A program made the translations under genes and the position numbers. Positions 52,090 through 64,000 of a stretch of 64,000 nt of DNA are shown piece after piece (position 1 is the stretch's first letter; every line of letters starts with the position of its first letter). Under the pieces are notes generated by a model, which had not been told where the DNA came from, searched no databases, and worked only from the letters and a program-made list of their open reading frames with translations. Source of the DNA: the human T2T-CHM13v2.0 reference genome, Homo sapiens; NCBI RefSeq assembly GCF_009914755.1, contig NC_060946.1. One strand, 5' to 3'.

Positions 52090-52360
52090 TGACCAAATGG
52101 ATTTCCAACTGCATTTGAAAAGGAAAATAACTTTCCAATGTACCAAATAATGAAAAATGACTGGGCGAGTTTATAACTGTTGATTTAGCCACCAACTTCC
52201 CCCCAGCCCTGACTCCGGTTCTCTGGAGGTTTTCATTGAGCATTAATTCACTCTCTTTCTCAGCGCACAAATAGGTCCTTCTGAATCCATTCTGCAGCGT
52301 ATTAGCTTCAAGGCCTGTTGGAAATGGCTTAGCATCTGCTCTTAATAGACACTGCAGCGT
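52090..52360. promoter_or_regulatory. Candidate enhancer-like unique block
   Basis: Repeat-free; TTTATAA, TGATTTA, CATTAATT, TATTAG homeodomain-type motifs. Confidence 0.3.
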
Positions 52361-52599
52361 GCGGGGTGGGCGAGGGCTGGGATGGGGTCTCACGGCGTCA
52401 AAGAACAGACATGAAATTTCAGGGAAGCAGCACCTTGAGAAGCTGTTGCCTGGAACAAGCACAGAATATAGCAGGGAAGGTGGCTTTTGGGGGCCTCAAG
52501 AGGCACAGATGTGAGCTAAACCACTCATAAGCCCTCCAACCCATTCAGCCACAAAGAAGATCGAGGTAAAGAGTCAAAGATGAATGCCGGGCTGGAGCT

Positions 52600-53088
<489 letters not shown>

Positions 53089-53106
53089 AGCTAGGGCTGC
53101 TAAGAC

Positions 53107-53293
53107 CAGTGATTCTCAAGGTAGATAGCCCAGACCAGCAGCATCAGCATCACCTGGGAACTTGTCAGAAATGTAGATTCCTGGGTCCAACCCAGACCTG
53201 TTGAATCAAACACTCCTGGAGTGTACCCAGCCATCTGTGTTGTCACAAGCTCTCCAAGAGATCCTGATGCTTGCACAAGTTTAGAGGCTGCTG
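53107..53293. mobile_element. MER5A hAT-Charlie element
   Basis: CAGTGATTCTCAA..CCAGCAGCATCAGCATCACCTGGGAACTTGTCAGAAATG..; about 187 bp. Confidence 0.9.
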
Positions 53294-53899
53294 AGCTGGA
53301 CATTGGCAGGGTAGGAAATATGTATTCATCCTCCCAGTCATTCCTTCACTCCACCAACTGCTCATGCTTTCAGCATACAGTATCCCTACTACAAGCCAAG
53401 CACTGTGCCAGATATTGGGAATCCATTAATAGGGCAGAGGTGGTGAATTTTGCATTCAAAGAGCTTGCAGTCCCCATATGGAATTTTCCATATAATAGAA
53501 CCAAAGATAGTCATCAAAGTAGGAAGGGATTTGAGCTGAGCCTTCCAATAACTGCCTCAGTTTCTCTCTTTTTTCTGCCTGTGTGCATCCAGTGTGAGCA
53601 GCTCACATCACTGCAAAGGAATCCGTGTGTGTACTGTCTCACTCACCCAACATTCATTTAGCAGACGCTTCATTAAGCATCTACACAGTTCCAGGTTCTG
53701 TGATAGAAGCTAGAGATTGAGGAAGTCTCAAGTCTCCCAAATGACAAACTCCAGAGGTAAGCAGAACAGGTGAGAATAAAAGAGGGTTCAGAGCAGACTG
53801 TTCCTGTTGGAAGCTCACCCCATGACAGATGGCAGCATGGGTCTTCCCAGTCTGGCCAGACCGGAATACTAGCCAGTGTCCTTCTCATGTGTAGAAGCA

Positions 53900-54135
53900 G
53901 AAAATTGTAGCAATCAAAACTATGGACTCTGTCCCCAACAGTCTGGGTTTATACTTGGCTCTGAGGCTTACTAGCTGGATGGCCTTCAGCAAGTTATCTT
54001 ATTTCTTCATGCCTCACTTACTTGATCTATAAATTGGGAATATAAACAGCACCAGCCTCACTGCATTGTTGCAAGAATTAAATGAGAATTGGAAAGCTTA
54101 GAACAGTGTCTGGCATGTAAGAATTATTAGTTGTA
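53900..54135 (+). mobile_element. MIR SINE
   Basis: CTTACTAGCTG..GCAAGTTA..GAATTAAATGAG..GCTTAGAACAGTGTCTGGCA. Confidence 0.8.
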
Positions 54136-55430
54136 CTAATCACAAACATTACTTTTGAAAAAGTTGCTTGAAAATAAAATTCATTTTAAAAACAGATTGC
54201 TTTTCATGTGTACTGGAGATCTTGCTTCTTCAATGATTACTGTAGGGGATCCATTTTATAAAAGGAATAACTTGAGTAACCATATGTTGAATTTGCTTAA
54301 AATGAAGTAAACATGTCACCTGCTTCTGAGAGTGGCAGAAAGGGAGCTTTGCTAGGAAGTGTGGCAGGATTATTATGAAACTGTCATCTCAGATGGATCT
54401 GGAAATCCCTTGAAGTCCCTGATTTTGCATCCATGCTGGTCTGTCTTCTCTTCTTCCTTTCCCCTGATAGTTCTTTCAACACTGAGAAATAAGAAGATGT
54501 TTTAACTGAGAGCTAGTAAGGGACAACACATCCTTCATTCTTAATATGTCAGGATGGGAAATATTAAGAACTTCTATGAATCCACAAGCCACCCTTGCTC
54601 TGAAAATGGCTTCCCTATATATTTGTCTCCACTTCCTGTCTCACAGGAAGTGGCCACCTCCCGTCTTTGTGGCATCATAGCCAAGGTGCTTTGCCTAAAA
54701 TCACTCATCTCTTCAAAGTCCCTGGCATGAGCTACCCATCACTGTCTTATGCTCAGTGACCCAGGACCACCTATGAGCATCTGGGCCCAAGAGATGATCT
54801 CAAACTTTTCACAATTATTTCAGGTATCAACAAGATGGAAATAAAGCCAAAAGCTGTGCTGAGATTCAACCATCAACATCCCAAAAGGAGGATTCTGTTT
54901 CCCAGCATTTCTTGCCAAGGATGATCTCAGATTCGTCTGTTTCCATTCACTGTGAGCAAAGGCCTCAATTTTAATAAGGGTGTGGTTCTGTCTCTCCCTC
55001 TCCTGTTCCTGAAATTGGGCTGGGTGGGGACACTGATGGTCAGAACAGGGGCGAATCCAGAGAAAAGTATCTCCACCTTGGCAGCTCGTGAAGTCTGCTA
55101 CCTACAAGGGTTTGAGTATCTCTCCTTGAGGCTCTGCTCCCACACAATTCCCTCTCCTGTGAACCTCTGTCTGCCCCATCTCCATAGGATTCATTTTTTT
55201 TAATGTTGAACATTTATTCTGAGAATGGAGAGTTGGATAAGATATGGCTCTGTCTCATGGGGCTCACAGCTGGAACACAGGATGGGGGCAAGCAGACAAA
55301 TGCACAGACAGTTAAACACAGTTGCAAGAAGCATGACATTTGGGGAAAGGAGTGCTTAAAAGCATGGGGAAGAGGCATTTAACAGCCAGGAAAGTTCTGT
55401 GAGCAAAAGGTATACAGACTGAGAGAGGGT

Positions 55431-55871
55431 TGTGTAGCAGCCCTGTTGGAAACTTACCTGCAGCCTTCAGCCTTATTAATTCAGTGTGCTCAGCTGTTGG
55501 TATCTTTGAGTCTTAGGGATTGTTCTAGAGATCCACAGGGTAGGCTGGAAGTGCCAAGGGATTTTCCTGCCCCAACCCAAAGCAGCTCTCAGCTAGTGAC
55601 TCTTGGGAGATGGTGTATCAATACCCCAGCTCCCTCACTCCTCAGGTGGGATGACTTCTGAAGCTTGGATTTTAGGGCTTTCTAGAATTTGTCTGCTGGA
55701 GTGAGCTCCAGTCACCCACACTGATAACTGGCTTTAAGACATACCCTTTATTGGCTGGATTATTTCTCCCACTCCCATCTTGGGGCTTCCTGGAATCCCC
55801 TCCCCAAAAATATTTCTTGTCCCTAGTTCCTTATCTCAAAGTCTGCTTCTGGGGAAATTCAAACTAAGATA
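55431..55871 (+). mobile_element. ERVL solo LTR (LTR16-like)
   Basis: TG start; ATACCCCAGCTCCCTCAC..CAGGTGGGATGACT; GAGCTCCAGTCACCCACA; end TCTGCTTCTGGGGAAATTCAAACTAAGATA. Confidence 0.8.
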
Positions 55872-56229
55872 GTATGTGAGGAGGAGAGCAATGTGGTCAG
55901 GTTTGGGTTTCTGAGGAAGGGCCACTCTTTTTGTCCCTGTGGTTGGAAAGAGTCTCTGAAATGAACAATTATTAGTTATATTTTCATGTCTTAGAGTGGA
56001 CAAGAGAGAGAGAAGACAGCCAGTTACGATATTCCCAGATGGCTAGGACACAGACCATTCTTCCAGATCTGGAAATGCTAACAATGTTTCATTACCACAG
56101 CCCTGACCAGCTTGAAGCAACCTTCCTCATACCCAAATCAAATACCTGTGTGGAGAGACTAAATCTGTCTAAAGGCGACACAACCCACCCCGACTCATGT
56201 GTTCATGCATGCACTCAATAGGAAAACAG

Positions 56230-56645
<416 letters not shown>

Positions 56646-57372
56646 CTAAGAGAGGATGGCACAGAGGGGATCTCCTAAATTAGCCTGAGCTTTCTTCCAG
56701 ACCCTTCCTTCCAGGAATGCTAACATTGTTAGCATTTCTCCTAATGCATCCTGCAGAGCTCAAATATTTTCAGAGTGCCTACTTTGTGTAACCACGATTG
56801 CACCTCTGGCTATTTTTTAAAGTCCAAGAATAGCCTAGATCAGCCAGATGCTTATAGATCCTGCCAATAACCAGGCCCAGCTTTGCAAGAGCTTTGCAAG
56901 AGGTCAAGCTTTGCTTTGCAAAGGCCCAGCTTTGCAAGAGGTCAAGATGCTCCTGGCCCTGCTGGCTCCCAGAGAGCCTTCCTCTCCTCCCCTAAGCCTC
57001 ACAACCCCCAGGAGAAGATTCTGCAGATGGAAGCCCCGAGGTCCAGGGAGGTTCCAGGATTCACCCAGGGTTGCTCTGCTTGATAGGTGCAGGATTCAGG
57101 GCCAGGAGGACCCAGATCCAAGGCACCTGGTCTGGCATATTTTCAGGCCCAGAGATGGGGAATGATCTGTCCAAAGGGGACTTCTGATGAAGGAAAAATG
57201 AGACAGTATTCATTGAATACCTATTGCATGCCATGGGGTGACGGTGGGCAGGGCCACATGGTCCCCAGCTGCTATGCTCTCCAGAGGGATGATCAGATTT
57301 GTCCCAAGTGTCCTTTACATGGCCAATTGCCATGCGTGTCTCATTATTCAAAAGGAGAAATTAACATTTAAT

Positions 57373-57580
57373 AGAAAAGAAAAAAGAAAGAGATGGAGGA
57401 AGATGGGAGGATGGGAAGGAAGGAAGGAGGGAAGGAAGGAAGGAAGGAAGAAGGGAGAGAGAGAAGAGAAGGAGGGAGGAAAGAAGGAAGGAAGGGATAC
57501 AGGGAAAAAGGAAAAAAGGAAGAGAGGAAGGAAGGAAGGAAGGGAGGGAGGGAAGGAGGGGGGAGGGAGGGAGGGCAGGA
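57373..57580. repeat. (GGAA)n/GA-rich tract
   Basis: GGAA/GGGA units. Confidence 0.93.
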
Positions 57581-58199
57581 GACAAACCTCGGAAGGGCTG
57601 CCCCTCAGAGACATCAAGTGGAATATGAATACTGATTTCTAACCCCACTTCCAACTCCTGAGTGCTTTACGCTGGGCTACAAGGTTCTCAATGTCTCAGT
57701 GCCTCAGCGTTCTGATTTATCTTATGGAAGCCTGCCTCATCTATTCATATATTGCATTCTTAAACACAGAATAACAACAACAGCAATGACAACAATGCTA
57801 ATAGCGCTCCAACAGAGCTTGCTGTGTGCCCAGCCCTGTTCGAAGTGCTCCCCAACTTTGGCCCCTAGGATGCTCAGGACGGCCCTCTGAGCAGGCACTG
57901 ATGTCGTCCCCCTCACATGCAGAGAAACCAAGACATGAGCGTGGTCAGGTCGTTCGTGCAGAGCCACCGGGCTGGGGATGGGCAGAGCTGGAGTGTGTGG
58001 GCACAGGATCGGGGTTTGTCACCACTGTGCTGCACTGCCTCTGCACCCCAACTAGGCCTCACGCTGATGGAGACATCGCAGTGCATGGGAGAACATTCAC
58101 TGCGTGGTGCTGAGGACGCAGCAGGCACTCGGTACAACCTGTTCCTTGCGTGGCCCGCTAGCTTTGGGTCCCAAAATAATCTGCCTCCTGAATCTGCAA

Positions 58200-58700
58200 C
58201 TTTCTCCCCACCTGCTGGGCATTCTCTTAATTCAACCGAAGCCTCTCCCTGTCCCCATTAGGACGGCCACTCCCAACAGGAGTTCCCGGCCTGTGAAGGC
58301 CAACCGGTCGGGGCTCAGCACCCCATTATCATTCTGCCACTTTCCAAAGGAAATTATAAGCACTTTGTGTCAACCCTCATCTGTCCCGGCAGCCGCACCG
58401 CAGGAAAGCGATTGAGGTCAGAGAAGGCAGACAGCCTACCCATCACACCCGCCGCGGCCATTCCTCATGTAGTGACATGCAATCTCCCGCCAAGGGTCAC
58501 CTCTGGGGAAGCGATTCCTTCAAGCCTAGAACAAGTGCCGAATTGCAGCTTTGCCGAATGATCATGTGGAACACATTGAAAATAGCCGCCTCAGTAATAA
58601 ATGCTTAACCAAAGCAGCCCCTTCCTCCAGCATAACCAGGAGCATATTTACTGTAAATATGTTAACCAATTCATGCTGCAGCACATGGCCGAGGAGTCAG
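58200..58700. promoter_or_regulatory. CpG-retaining unique block, candidate enhancer
   Basis: Repeat-free, many CpGs, TCACACC (T-box-like), TATTTAC/TGTAAATA paired FOX motifs. Confidence 0.3.
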
Positions 58701-59029
58701 CTTCCCAGGCAGCAAAGAGCAAACCCCCGCTGGGCTGAGAAGGAGCAAGCCGCAAAGGAGAGGATTGTGTCCGCCAGGAAAAGGAAGAGGCAGGAAAAGG
58801 CACCTGGGACAGAGGAGCCTCCTGCAGGCCCCACAGCCCCACCCGACAGAGGAGTGGCGAGAAGGGGACTTGGCATTCTGCATCTTGCCGTCACCTCTGT
58901 GCCCCACGGAATCTGTGAGTTAAGACTGGCTCCAAGAGAAGTGGCGTTTGTGTTTCTCCTTCATTTCCTGCTCACATGGTGAAGTCCGTAGTGTGACAGC
59001 TCTGAACTCCACAGGATGAATCAGGGTCA

Positions 59030-59283
59030 GGGGAGAGGACAGGAGGAAAGAAGGAGCGAGAGAAAGGGGAGAGAGAGAGAGGAGACGGGAGAGTGATGGC
59101 GAGAGACAGAAATATGAATGAGAAACGGGAAAAAAATCGAGAAGATGATGAGAAGCCTGAAAGACAGAGAAAGCAATCTAAGATGAGAAAAAGAGCACTG
59201 AGAAAGAAAACATTCTGGAGGAGAGAGAAGGAGGGGCAGAGAGGGGAACAAGGAGGGGGTGGAGAGAGGGAGATTGAGAGGGC
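59030..59283. repeat. GA-rich low-complexity tract
   Basis: Purine-rich on the + strand. Confidence 0.85.
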
Positions 59284-59411
59284 ATGAGTTGTCTCTGGAA
59301 GGCTGGGTTTTGTTTCCACTGGGAAGAAAAAATGTTCTTTGTTATCAAAAGCCTTGAGTGACACCAGCAGCTCCTCCCCACCCCTCTCTAACACACTAGC
59401 ACCTAGGCTGG

Positions 59412-59915
59412 TGTACACATACACATGCATACTCAAGTGTGCACACACACACACTAACATGCACATATTTGTACACACACAAACATATGCATGCACACAC
59501 ATATGCACATTCATGTGCACGCATGCATACTCGTGCACATACACACTAACATGCACACATACTCAAGGTACACATATATTCACATGCACCACACATACAC
59601 ACATGCATGTGCATGCACATACAAGCACACACACGCATATGCGCACACCTACTCAAGGCACACACATACACGCACACATTCACACATTCATACATGCACA
59701 CTCATGTGTACACACACATGCATAGGCACACACACATACATTCACACACACGTATGTGCACACACATACTCACATGCACACATTCACATGCACACACTCG
59801 TGCACATACACTCACATGCCCTCATACATGCACATATATGCACACATGCATGCACACATACATCACATCCAGGCACACAGCCATCTAGAGGCACACATAC
59901 ACTCTTACAGCACAC
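59412..59915. repeat. Degenerate (CA/TA/TG)n tract, ~500 bp
   Basis: Alternating purine-pyrimidine CACA/CATG/CATA units; explains the His/Thr-rich ORFs. Confidence 0.93.
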
Positions 59916-60561
59916 AGTCAATTCCCTCCCCCTACCCCTGAACCTAATTCAGTCCCAGAACAGAGAGAGCAATACAAGGTCTGAGCCAAAGGAAACAGAC
60001 CAAAGCCAGACTGGGTCTGGGTGTGGGGGAGGAGGAGGAAAGGGGTCGGAGGAGGCAGCCCAGGTCAGGGGCCCAGAGTGGACCAGCAATGCAATTGGAA
60101 TGGGAAAGAACCGTAGAGCCCCCTGAGAGGCTGCAGCCCCTCAGGCCTGGCCCTCAGGCCTGGGCCTCCCTTCATCCCAGTTTCAGGCTGCATTCTTAAT
60201 CGGGCCACGGCCCCGGCTACCTAGAGAGACAGTCACACACTGGCTTCAAGACCAGAGAAACCCCAGCAAAGGGCAGCCAGCTTCTGGGCAAAGAGTGAAG
60301 CCACCGGCTCCCTCCGGCTTGCAGCTTCTCCTTTCTGAAGTGGGTGGGCAGTTTCCGGCCAACCTTTTGCCTCCTTCTCTCCAGCCGCCCCTGCTAACTC
60401 CCAGTAATTTGCCAAAATTAACAGATTTATGGCAGCATGTTGGTTTGGATCAACTTTTCGTATGTACTTTGCAAGAGAAAAACATTTTCTTCTCCCCCGA
60501 CTTACTGTTTGCCCATTAATACACTCCACATTCACTGGTGCTTAATGACTGTTCAAATTTT

Positions 60562-61223
60562 CTCTGTTCATAGAGAATGTTGTTGTTGTGATTAAGGGTG
60601 CCAGGGTGCTTGCAAGTACAAACACACCAAAGCCATGAAAAGGGCAATTAATTCTTTAAAAAAATGCAAGAGAGTGGGAGAGATTGGATGCTCTGTTTAC
60701 AGAAAAGCAAGAAAGAAAACAGATATTTCTAAGAAGTGTCCTTCCAGGACAGCAACGTCTCCTGTAAAAATGTCTCCTGGAAAAAATGTTGAAATACAAA
60801 TGTTCATGGAAACTGCTGTCCAGCAGACATTTGGTTATTCAACAACCATGTGTCAACTACTCATTATGGGCCTGGTTCTGGGGTAATTCATAAAGGAAGC
60901 CACAGGGTGTGGGCGAAGTGGACATCTGGGCCAGGACTGAAATCCCAGCTCAAGATAAGTCATCCCTTGCCTCTGAGCCTCAGTTTACCCATCTGAAAAT
61001 TAGGAGGTGGAAATCCCAAGGGTGGCTATCAAAATTCAAGAGGACATGTGTATCAAGGGCTTAGCTTGCTGCTAGCACATAGTAAGTGTACAAGAACTGC
61101 CTGGTTCATTATTCGTTCACTCTCCTGAACAAATCAGTGGCCGTTTTAATGGCTTTGGTGTGTTTGGACTTGCAAGCACCCTGGCACCCTTAATCACAGC
61201 AACAGCACTCTCTAGCACCAGAG
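60562..61223. repeat. Long inverted repeat (arms ~60562-60653 and ~61132-61223)
   Basis: 60571-60636 vs reverse complement of 61149-61214: 62/66 identical, with a 31-bp perfect core TGTGATTAAGGGTGCCAGGGTGCTTGCAAGT. Confidence 0.95.
60920..61100 (+). mobile_element. MIR SINE in the spacer of the inverted repeat
   Basis: GAAATCCCAGCTC..CTCTGAGCCTCAGTTTACCCATCTGAAAA..GCACATAGTAAGTG. Confidence 0.8.
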
Positions 61224-61684
61224 TACGTTCTCTGGGCCATGGGCCATGCCATGGGGCTGGATTTTGAAGTTACAACTTCAAGAAAGGCAAGTTTCTGCCC
61301 ATGTATGGCTGATGATCCAACGGTGGGAGACAGAAACTACTAAACATCTGCAATGGCAACGTGTCCAACAGTGATAAATGCCTGAAGGGAAATAAAACAA
61401 AGTAAGATACAAAGCAGGGCCAAAGTAGATAAGGCCCTGCTGAGCTGTGTTGGATGATGTCATCAGGGGCCTGGGGAGGCCAGCAAGGTGACTTGTGCAG
61501 ACACCCGAGTCGGGTGTCGATATCTTCCTCCATACCTTTTATCTTTCCTAAAAATATGGTTGGGAAGCCCTGGTCCATCTGCAAAGGACAGGGGCAAGTT
61601 GGCCTATGCGCTAGCAATTGCTACATATTGTGAGAGCTCTTAAACCAAAGGTCAGGACACACCCAATGAATGTTTCCCTTCCAG

Positions 61685-62060
61685 ATAAGAAAAATATTCT
61701 GAGCACCTGCTATGCGCCAAGCGTTGTGCTATGTAGTGGGGGCACAACTGCAGGGAAACCAGACATGGTCCCTCCCTGCCTCCTGGCATTTAGAGCCAAG
61801 ACAGAGGGTCAGATTATAAATGAACACAGGCACCATGATTATTTCATCTCAAACTCTGGTTGGTGCTATGGGAAAGGAGCAGTGATCTTTGAGACCTGAG
61901 AGGGGGTCCTGATGGAGCAGACACCAGCAGAAGGATCCTTCCGGGAAGTGACGTTGAAGCTAAGCTTGAAAAGGTAAGTAGGAGGTATGGAGGAAATGGA
62001 GGGTAAAAGAGGGAACACTGCTTCTGACAGAGGGAACAACAGGTGCAAGGGTCAGGTCAG
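61685..62060 (-). mobile_element. L2 LINE 3' fragment
   Basis: TGAGCACCTGCTATGCGCCA..AGACATGGTCCCT..GGAAGTGACGTTGAAGCT..GGGAACAACAGGTGCAAGG. Confidence 0.75.
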
Positions 62061-62659
62061 TGGGAAAATGCATGGGCTTTGAAGTCAGAACCCAGGTTCA
62101 AATCCCAGCCCCACCACCTTCCAACTGTGTGACCCTGGCCAGGTAACAGGGTCTCATTCCTAAAGTGAACTCAAGGAGACTTCATTGGCTTGTCCTGAGG
62201 GCCTGCGTGAGGAGAGTGTTAGTAGAGTGAAGTCCTAAAGGAAGGTTGGTTTCTTGTAGAATCGTGAGATCAGGGGATGGGATGGCCTTGGGACAATGGT
62301 CAAGACATCTAGCTTCTAGTCCCTGTTCTGTCAATTTGACTCATCTGACCACCCTCCATTTCCCCCATTATAAAATAAAGGGGTTCTATTCTCTGTTGTA
62401 GGAAAGTAACATTGAATCCACAGAATGAATATGTATCAGGGGGCAGGTGTTAATCCAATAACACCCCTGTGGCCAGTTGCAGATTCCCTCATGGCCAAGA
62501 CTCATCCTGTCTTATTGGGCTTCTCAGAATCAGGTCACTTCTGCCTTCTGCAAAGGAGTCCTTGCCTCCTTCCCGGGCACCTCCCATCCTGCTGTGTTCC
62601 CATCACCGGCTGTGCCTTTGATCAGCTCTGTGGGGCCCTCTCCTCCTGACAACAGGACA

Positions 62660-63525
62660 CTCCTGGAGCCACTCTTCTCCCCTGCATGCCCTCCCTAGGA
62701 CACCTCATTCGGCTAACAGTTTCAATGCCATGTGGGTGCCATCAGCCCCAATGTCTGTGACCAGCCTCCCGTGCCCACCTGCCTCCTCTCCTCCTCTTCA
62801 TCTCCCCTTTGACATCTAAACAACACCCAGACCTAACATCATCCAAACTCCAACCATGATCCCCACCTGACACCCCCACAACTTACTCCACTTGCACGGG
62901 TGTCCCCATTTCAGCCTAGGACAGTGCCACCCTCCCACTTGCTCAGAAAAAGAACCTGGCAGTCATCCTGGACTCCTCTCTCCTGCTCACATCCCAGTCC
63001 ACATACAGCCAGCCAGCGCTGTTGCTTCCAACTTCATCATTTAGACAGAGTCCACTCAATTCTCACCACCTCCACAGCCACCACCCAAGTCCAGGCCACC
63101 TGCACCTTTCGCCTGTTTATGGCAGCAACCTCCAAGAGTCCCCAGGGTTTTTATGCCATTCTCAATTGTTGATTCTGCAAGTTAAAATGTATGTCAGGTC
63201 AAGTCCCTCCTCTGCTGGAGACACCCCGACCTGTGTCCCAGCTCCCTCAGAGGAAAACCCCAAGTTCCCACCACTCACCCCACTGTAGCCTGCCCCACAT
63301 GGTGGCCTCAGGGCCTTTGCACTTGCTGGTCCCTTGGCCTGGGATGTTCTTTCCCCACATGCCACTGCCTTCCCTTTTCCAGTCCCAGCTGTCACCTTAG
63401 GGAGAGCTTGCTGCCAGCCCATGTAATAAGACAACACTACCTAGCCTCCTTCCTGCTTCATATTTCTTCATGGCATGTATTCCCTTCCTTGACATTCTCT
63501 ATTCTTAACCTATTTAGGTGCTCAT

Positions 63526-63580
<55 letters not shown>

Positions 63581-63682
63581 GTCTCTCTGTTTCCAAAGGC
63601 TACCTCCTTGAGGCAGAGATCTTTGTCTGGTTTGTTTGGGATTAACGGGGACACCCAGTAAATATTTGTTGAATGAATGACT
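62660..63682 (+). mobile_element. L2a LINE 3' portion (~1 kb)
   Basis: GCTCAGAAAAAGAACCTGGCAGTCATCCTGGACTCCTCTCT, CTCACCACCTCCAC, CTCAGGGCCTTTGCACTTGCTG, tail TAAATATTTGTTGAATGAATGA. Confidence 0.85.
63526..63590. repeat. (TC)n microsatellite
   Basis: CT dinucleotide run inside the L2. Confidence 0.95.
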
Positions 63683-63973
63683 TTTGTGACTCAAGCAATT
63701 ATTCATTCATTGGCTGTTCGACCTCAGAAAGAAGCCAGTGGACATCTTCTGGTGAGACCCAGAGCACCCCACCTGCAAGGGGCCTGATCTCCCTTGAACC
63801 AAGAGCCCTGCCACTCGCCCCAGCTGCCTAAAGGCTGACAGGAGAAGAGGGAGTCAGAATGGTGCTCCAAACAGAGCTCACTGGAATCTCAGCTCAGCCA
63901 TTTACTTGCTCTGTCAACTTGGGCTCTCGCTGCAGGTACCTGAGACTGTTTTCTCGCCCGTAAAATTGGAAGG

Positions 63974-64000
63974 TGTTATGGGTTGAATTGCTTCCCCCAA
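63974..64000 (+). mobile_element. 5' end of an MLT1-type LTR (runs off the window)
   Basis: TGTTATGGGTTGAATTG..CCCCCAA matches the MLT1A/B/C start. Confidence 0.65.

Noticed and set aside
58972-60126. His/Thr-rich 211-aa and Val/Cys-rich 194-aa ORFs
   Set aside because: Translations of the degenerate CA repeat.

Overview
This is primate (most likely human) non-coding genomic DNA. AluJ, AluS and AluY copies, dense MIR and L2 relics, L1 3' fragments, MaLR/ERVL solo LTRs, hAT (MER) DNA transposon fossils and microsatellites make up most of it. I find no credible protein-coding gene, RNA gene, CRISPR array or prokaryotic system; the ORF track reflects repeats and low-complexity sequence. Between the repeats are several repeat-free blocks rich in homeodomain, FOX, GATA and POU motifs. 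They look like developmental enhancers in a gene desert or very large intron, but that is inference because I cannot measure conservation or identify the locus. The most unusual structures seen directly are: (1) a long inverted repeat at 60562-61223 with no recognisable TE origin, whose core arms match at 49/50 around a ~480-bp spacer containing a MIR; (2) an L1M fossil cleanly split by a ~240-bp insert (10539-10779) copied from sequence 1.35 kb downstream; (3) a 30-bp near-perfect palindrome of posterior-HOX/CDX-type sites (41136-41165); (4) an iterative templated micro-rearrangement (56873-56946); (5) an old 104-bp tandem duplication (51087-51289); and (6) nested TE stacks. Repeat family calls are from recalled consensus sequences, and boundaries of old repeats are approximate.
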